From: Myxococcota bacterium
GTDB taxonomy: Bacteria; Myxococcota_C; UBA6777
DNA length: 64,000 bases
Direction of reading: 5' to 3'
NCBI GenBank assembly: GCA_023150835.1
Contig: JAKLKB010000009.1
Span: 1-64,000, forward strand
Below, piece by piece: positions 60,059 to 64,000 of the stretch (positions are counted from its first letter, which is position 1; every line of letters starts with the position of its first letter). The notes below the pieces were generated by a model. That model had not been told where the DNA came from, did no database searches, and saw only the letters and a program-made list of their open reading frames with translations. A program made the position numbers and the translations under genes.

Positions 60059-60421
60059 TCACAGAGCCAGTTTGTGGACAGCTTTGACAAGCAGATCGGG
60101 CTGAAAGGGTTTGACGATCCAGCCCTTTGCACCGACCTCTTTGGCTTTTCGGATCAGGCTTGGTTGCCCTTCTGTGGTGAGCATCAAGATCGGGACACGG
60201 ATCCCCGCATGATAGGCGCGCTGGACCATCTCGATCCCGTCCATACGCGGCATATTGACGTCACAGATCGCCATCGAAAGATCCGAAGTATGAAGCAGAT
60301 GTTCGAGCCCTTCTTCGCCGTCAACGGCTTCAACGATCTCGAAACCTGCGGGAATAAGAGCTTGGCGCAATTGCTGCCGAACTGTCGCGGAATCATCCAC
60401 CAACAACACTCGTTTGCTCAT
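60059..60421 (-). CDS. Single-domain response regulator (CheY-like)
   Basis: VLLVDDS, EAVDGEEG, CDVNMPRMDG, MLTTE and GWIVKPF. Confidence 0.93.
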   Translation of the reverse strand: MSKRVLLVDDSATVRQQLRQALIPAGFEIVEAVDGEEGLEHLLHTSDLSMAICDVNMPRMDGIEMVQRAYHAGIRVPILMLTTEGQPSLIRKAKEVGAKGWIVKPFQPDLLVKAVHKLAL

Positions 60422-60572
60422 CAGTGTGCCTCGCTCTAGCGTCGATGGATCGGTGCTTTTACAAAAGCATGGATGCCACCAACGAAGGTGTTGTGCTTGT
60501 TGCAAACAATGGAGTCTTTTGTCTCTGTTGTTGAGAGTGACGGGCCGCACAAAAAAACCTGAAGAGCAAAGT

Positions 60573-62192
60573 CTAGATTTTTTTGGACTCGGAGAGGGGC
60601 GAAGCAGAAGAGGCGGGGGTCGGGCCATAATAGAAGCGGAAAGCGGCAAGGCCGAAAAGCGCGATGGCAACGACATAATGGTGGGTGTTCATTTGGATTG
60701 GGAGGCGAAGGATCGGTTTGAGGATCAAGTACAACATACCGAGCCAAGCGTGTGCGATCAAATACAGCCCAAGGATGCGCCGTGTCGAAGGCACTTCCCA
60801 ACGCTTTTTGGCCAACAGCAAAAACGCAAGCCAGTGCAACGGGTGGTACATCAAAAGGTTTGCATTGTGCGGAGGTTCGGGCATCCATGTAAAAAACATC
60901 ATCAAGGCCAACGCGGTCCCAAGAGACGCGGCCACAAACAGATACACCCGCAGCCACCGACGAAACGCAGGGCGCGCCCACAACAACAGCCCCAACAACC
61001 ACCAAAATCCGCCGAGTCCGTAAGTGAGCGACACAGGCTCGACACGCATCGCCTCCGCTGCTTTTCGTTGGTACAACGTGGCTGAGGGCGCAGCCAACGA
61101 TCTTCCACGCGAGACCAGCCAATTTGGATCCGCCACGTAAGACTCCAAGTACACAGGCAAAAACATATCATCCCACCGACGCAACGGGCGATCTGCAAAA
61201 GGCCCCATCCCAAAGTCCATCAAGATCATCAGCACAGGATTTGGCGTGGTGCGTTGCATGACGTGTTTTCGGTAGGTATTGGGGCTGAGCGCCAAGGCAT
61301 CTTCACGAAACACCGGTCCCATCGCATAATGCAACGCATCGCGCAGCTTGGTCGAGCAGTTTTGCCGATAATGATCATATCTGTAAAAGCGGTTTTCGGG
61401 GCGCGAATGGTGTCGCAAAAAATGCAGCAGACGCCGTATCTCCTTGGCGCGCAGATGAAGCGTGCGAAACTGGTAGGTGCGATCGGTGTATTGATAACCG
61501 CGCAGCAGATAGTTGTGCGGGATCACACTCAACCAATACTGCATCTGATTGCGCAGATAATCGCGCAACAGCTTCACAGGGTTGTTCCCCGAAAAAGTCC
61601 CGAAGTTATACGTCATGTCCTGCCCAAGCAACCGATCTCGAACACGCAAGGCATTGTGACCGAAGTACGTAAACAGCCAGTTTCCCGGACCGATCGTGAC
61701 GAGATCCACGCGGTACCGCTGCAAGATCCGCTCATCGCTTTCTTGTGCAGGATCGAGTCGACGCCATCCCCTCCGCCTGAGGCGATCAGCGCGACCCCAT
61801 CGATCTTTTTGCGCATCTCGCTGTGTCGAAAAGGGGCGAACAGGAACAGACGGCATTGGTAAACGTCGATCTGGCCGAGAGGATGGAGAAGATGGGCGTG
61901 GTTCGGGCGAAGAGATGGGGGACTCAGGCGGAAGCTCAGGCAACCAATCGCCATGTTTGAATTGGAGGATGTGTTTCTTTGGATCGCTCGGAGGGATGGG
62001 CTTGGACAACGTGGTTTTTGACGTTGGAGGAATGGGCGCCGACAGCGAGGCTTTCGATGTTGGAACGCTTGTCGGAGGGCGAGAATACGCATCCGATGCT
62101 GCCAACAAGCAGAGGCCAAGCAAGAGACCAAAGGCCCCAACCATCGGAAAATAACGCAAACATCTCGGAATAACGATATGTAATTGGATCAT
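60573..62192 (-). CDS. DUF4105/Lnb-like membrane protein (putative lipoprotein N-acyltransferase)
   Basis: Signal peptide and P-rich linker; LVTIGPG..FGHNALRV..YNFGTF, YRYDHYRQNCSTKLRD and FLP motifs; several C-terminal TMs. Confidence 0.8.
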   Translation of the reverse strand: MIQLHIVIPRCLRYFPMVGAFGLLLGLCLLAASDAYSRPPTSVPTSKASLSAPIPPTSKTTLSKPIPPSDPKKHILQFKHGDWLPELPPESPISSPEPRPSSPSSRPDRRLPMPSVPVRPFSTQRDAQKDRWGRADRLRRRGWRRLDPAQESDERILQRYRVDLVTIGPGNWLFTYFGHNALRVRDRLLGQDMTYNFGTFSGNNPVKLLRDYLRNQMQYWLSVIPHNYLLRGYQYTDRTYQFRTLHLRAKEIRRLLHFLRHHSRPENRFYRYDHYRQNCSTKLRDALHYAMGPVFREDALALSPNTYRKHVMQRTTPNPVLMILMDFGMGPFADRPLRRWDDMFLPVYLESYVADPNWLVSRGRSLAAPSATLYQRKAAEAMRVEPVSLTYGLGGFWWLLGLLLWARPAFRRWLRVYLFVAASLGTALALMMFFTWMPEPPHNANLLMYHPLHWLAFLLLAKKRWEVPSTRRILGLYLIAHAWLGMLYLILKPILRLPIQMNTHHYVVAIALFGLAAFRFYYGPTPASSASPLSESKKI

Positions 62193-62326
62193 TTCAATCG
62201 GCTGCTCTTTCTGTGTAGGGTTTCTGCAATATCCTGATAGGACGCGATCGATACGGGGTCAAGGGAGCCTTGCGACGGAGGCGTGACGTGGCCTCTCGCC
62301 CCGACACAAACAAACCCAATCAATCC

Positions 62327-62440
62327 TACGAGATCCGCCCGTTGCGTGATCGTAAAGAGGTAGGGGCAGACAGGTGTGGATGCCCAAGAATCGGGCATCT
62401 ACGTACTCTCGTTTGCTGTGTACATCCCTCGGATATCGTA
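62327..62440 (-). mobile_element. ~110-bp REP-containing MITE/REPIN-like element, copy D (inverted)
   Basis: TACGAGATCCG...GTAGGGGCAGACAGGTGTGGATGCCC...CGGATATCGTA. Confidence 0.75.
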
Positions 62441-62624
62441 TCACTTCCACAAGAGAGACGGAACATCGGGGGCTTGCAAGTCCTTGCGTTGAAGCGCAAC
62501 CTTTGGGGGTGTGGATCGGGCGTCTATGGTGTGGGGTGTGAATCGGGCGTCTATTGTATCGGTCGTGGATCGGGCGTCTTTGCAAAGCTCCCACAACGCA
62601 ACAAGAAACGAGGAAGCGAGAAAG

Positions 62625-64000
62625 ATGTTGAAGTGTCCGAAGAAATGGAATCCAAGGACGGCGGCGATCTGGGCATTTGTTGCATGGATCGGGATGTTTC
62701 CGATGGCAGCCTCTGCACAGGTGGCTCAAAACAAGCCTGAATTGACAAACAGCACAGCGAGCGATCCACAAGATCTATTGGTGGTCTCCAAAGAACTCCC
62801 GCTCTTGCGCTGGATGATCAGTCGATTGCCCCAAGCCTACATCGATCCTGCGCAATTCGACCCGCCTCGGATGTTTCGTGCAGCGTTGGAACGATTGGCT
62901 TACCATGTGACGGATATCTGGGTGGATTTCTCGGCTGAAAGCAAAGGCACGTTCACCCTCCACGTCGGCTCTCAGCGCAAAGACTTTGCGATCGGCAGCT
63001 TCTTTGGGATCTTGGATGTTTGGATCAAAGCACAAAAGATCATGCCTTTCATCAAAGAGCATTATCGGGGATCGATGACTACGCAACAGATGGACTATTA
63101 CATGGTGCAAGGCGTCCTGTCGACCTTGGACAAACAAACGCGACTGGTCGACGTGTCAGGGAGAACGAACGCCAAAAGCCTCGTACAGCCCGGGATGATC
63201 GGCATCCTGTCAGACATGAAGGAGGGAAAGCTGATCATCCAAAAGGTATATCCTGATTCACCTGCCGACCAAGCGGGCTTGTTGCGCGGCGATCAGATCG
63301 TCCAGATCAACGGCGAGCCTGTCTTGCCGACCATGACACTCGAACAATTGGTTGTAAAGCTCCGAGGGTTCCGAGGGACACGCTTGGCTCTTCATCTTTT
63401 GCGCAAGGGCTGGAAAGCCGCTCGACGCATCGTGTTGATCCGCGCCCAGATGCAAGCCCCTCTTGTGGTCGCTCATCTGCTGCCGGGGCGGATCGCGTAT
63501 ATCCGTTTGCGCCAATTCAGCCAAGGCGCAACAGCGATGATCCGCGAAGAGATGGGCCGACTGCGCCGCCAGATCGAAGGCAACTTCCTTGGGCTGATCC
63601 TCGATCTTCGCGACAACCCCGGGGGTCTTGTGATCGAAGCCGTCGCGATCTGCTCGATGTTTGTAGAAAAAGGAGAGGTCACTTCGTTTGTTGGCGCTCG
63701 CATCCCACGCAAAACATACAGCGTGACCGGAAAAAACACCGAGGAAAAATATCCCCTCGCTGTCCTTCTTAATGGCCGCTCAGCTTCTGCGTCTGAATTG
63801 CTCGCAGGTGCGCTGCAAATGCACAATCGCGCCGTGATCTTGGGCCGCCAAAGCTACGGCAAAGGCACCGTCCAAAGCGCAGGACTGGCCTTGGGTGGGC
63901 GTTTTTATATGGCCGTCACCATCGCACAATACCTGATCCCGGGGGACGTCTCGATCCAAGGAGCGGGTATCCGCCCCGATATCGAACTGGTGCCTGTGCG
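62625..64000 (+). CDS. S41 carboxy-terminal processing protease with PDZ domain (partial, runs off the window)
   Basis: Not in the ORF track. Manual translation gives a signal peptide, PDZ VYPDSPADQAGLLRGDQIVQING, IAYIRL, LILDLRDNPGG, catalytic SASASE and SYGKGTVQ. Confidence 0.9.
   Translation, partial: MLKCPKKWNPRTAAIWAFVAWIGMFPMAASAQVAQNKPELTNSTASDPQDLLVVSKELPLLRWMISRLPQAYIDPAQFDPPRMFRAALERLAYHVTDIWVDFSAESKGTFTLHVGSQRKDFAIGSFFGILDVWIKAQKIMPFIKEHYRGSMTTQQMDYYMVQGVLSTLDKQTRLVDVSGRTNAKSLVQPGMIGILSDMKEGKLIIQKVYPDSPADQAGLLRGDQIVQINGEPVLPTMTLEQLVVKLRGFRGTRLALHLLRKGWKAARRIVLIRAQMQAPLVVAHLLPGRIAYIRLRQFSQGATAMIREEMGRLRRQIEGNFLGLILDLRDNPGGLVIEAVAICSMFVEKGEVTSFVGARIPRKTYSVTGKNTEEKYPLAVLLNGRSASASELLAGALQMHNRAVILGRQSYGKGTVQSAGLALGGRFYMAVTIAQYLIPGDVSIQGAGIRPDIELVPV

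Noticed and set aside
62508-62580. 24-bp degenerate repeats (G.ATCGGGCGTCT x3) upstream of the S41 protease
   Set aside because: The repeats are real but short and degenerate, and no function can be supported.

Overview
This 64-kb window looks like Myxococcota/deltaproteobacterial chromosome, inferred from AgmX/GltJ-like zinc-ribbon/GYF/TonB-C proteins, many long TPR proteins, a PEGA protein and mevalonate genes. From left to right it carries: (1) a minus-strand type III export cluster, sctQ-fliO-like-sctR-sctS-sctT-sctU, followed by a Gly/Leu-rich harpin-like ORF cut by the window edge; (2) a nitrilase-family gene, a VKOR-DsbA-DsbA fusion and an archaeal/eukaryotic-type proS; (3) a short dcw fragment, rsmH-ftsL-ftsI; (4) envelope, gliding-like and TPR proteins, one with six copies of an unrecognised ~75-90-aa domain; (5) a DHH phosphoesterase; (6) a mevalonate cluster (mvaS, GbsR-like regulator, MVK, mvaD and a phosphomevalonate kinase-prenyl synthase fusion); (7) selB and rsmI; (8) a RAYT transposase with REP arrays, REPs inside its own CDS, and four dispersed ~110-bp REP-containing elements with terminal inverted repeats; (9) a receptor-less CheY-CheX-FIST/NosP-CheA-like kinase-diguanylate cyclase signalling cluster; (10) an Lnb/DUF4105-like protein and a partial S41 protease. 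Tandem duplications of 38-52 bp recur at gene 3' ends. No rRNA, tRNA or CRISPR array was seen. All calls come from reading motifs by eye; no database searches were run.
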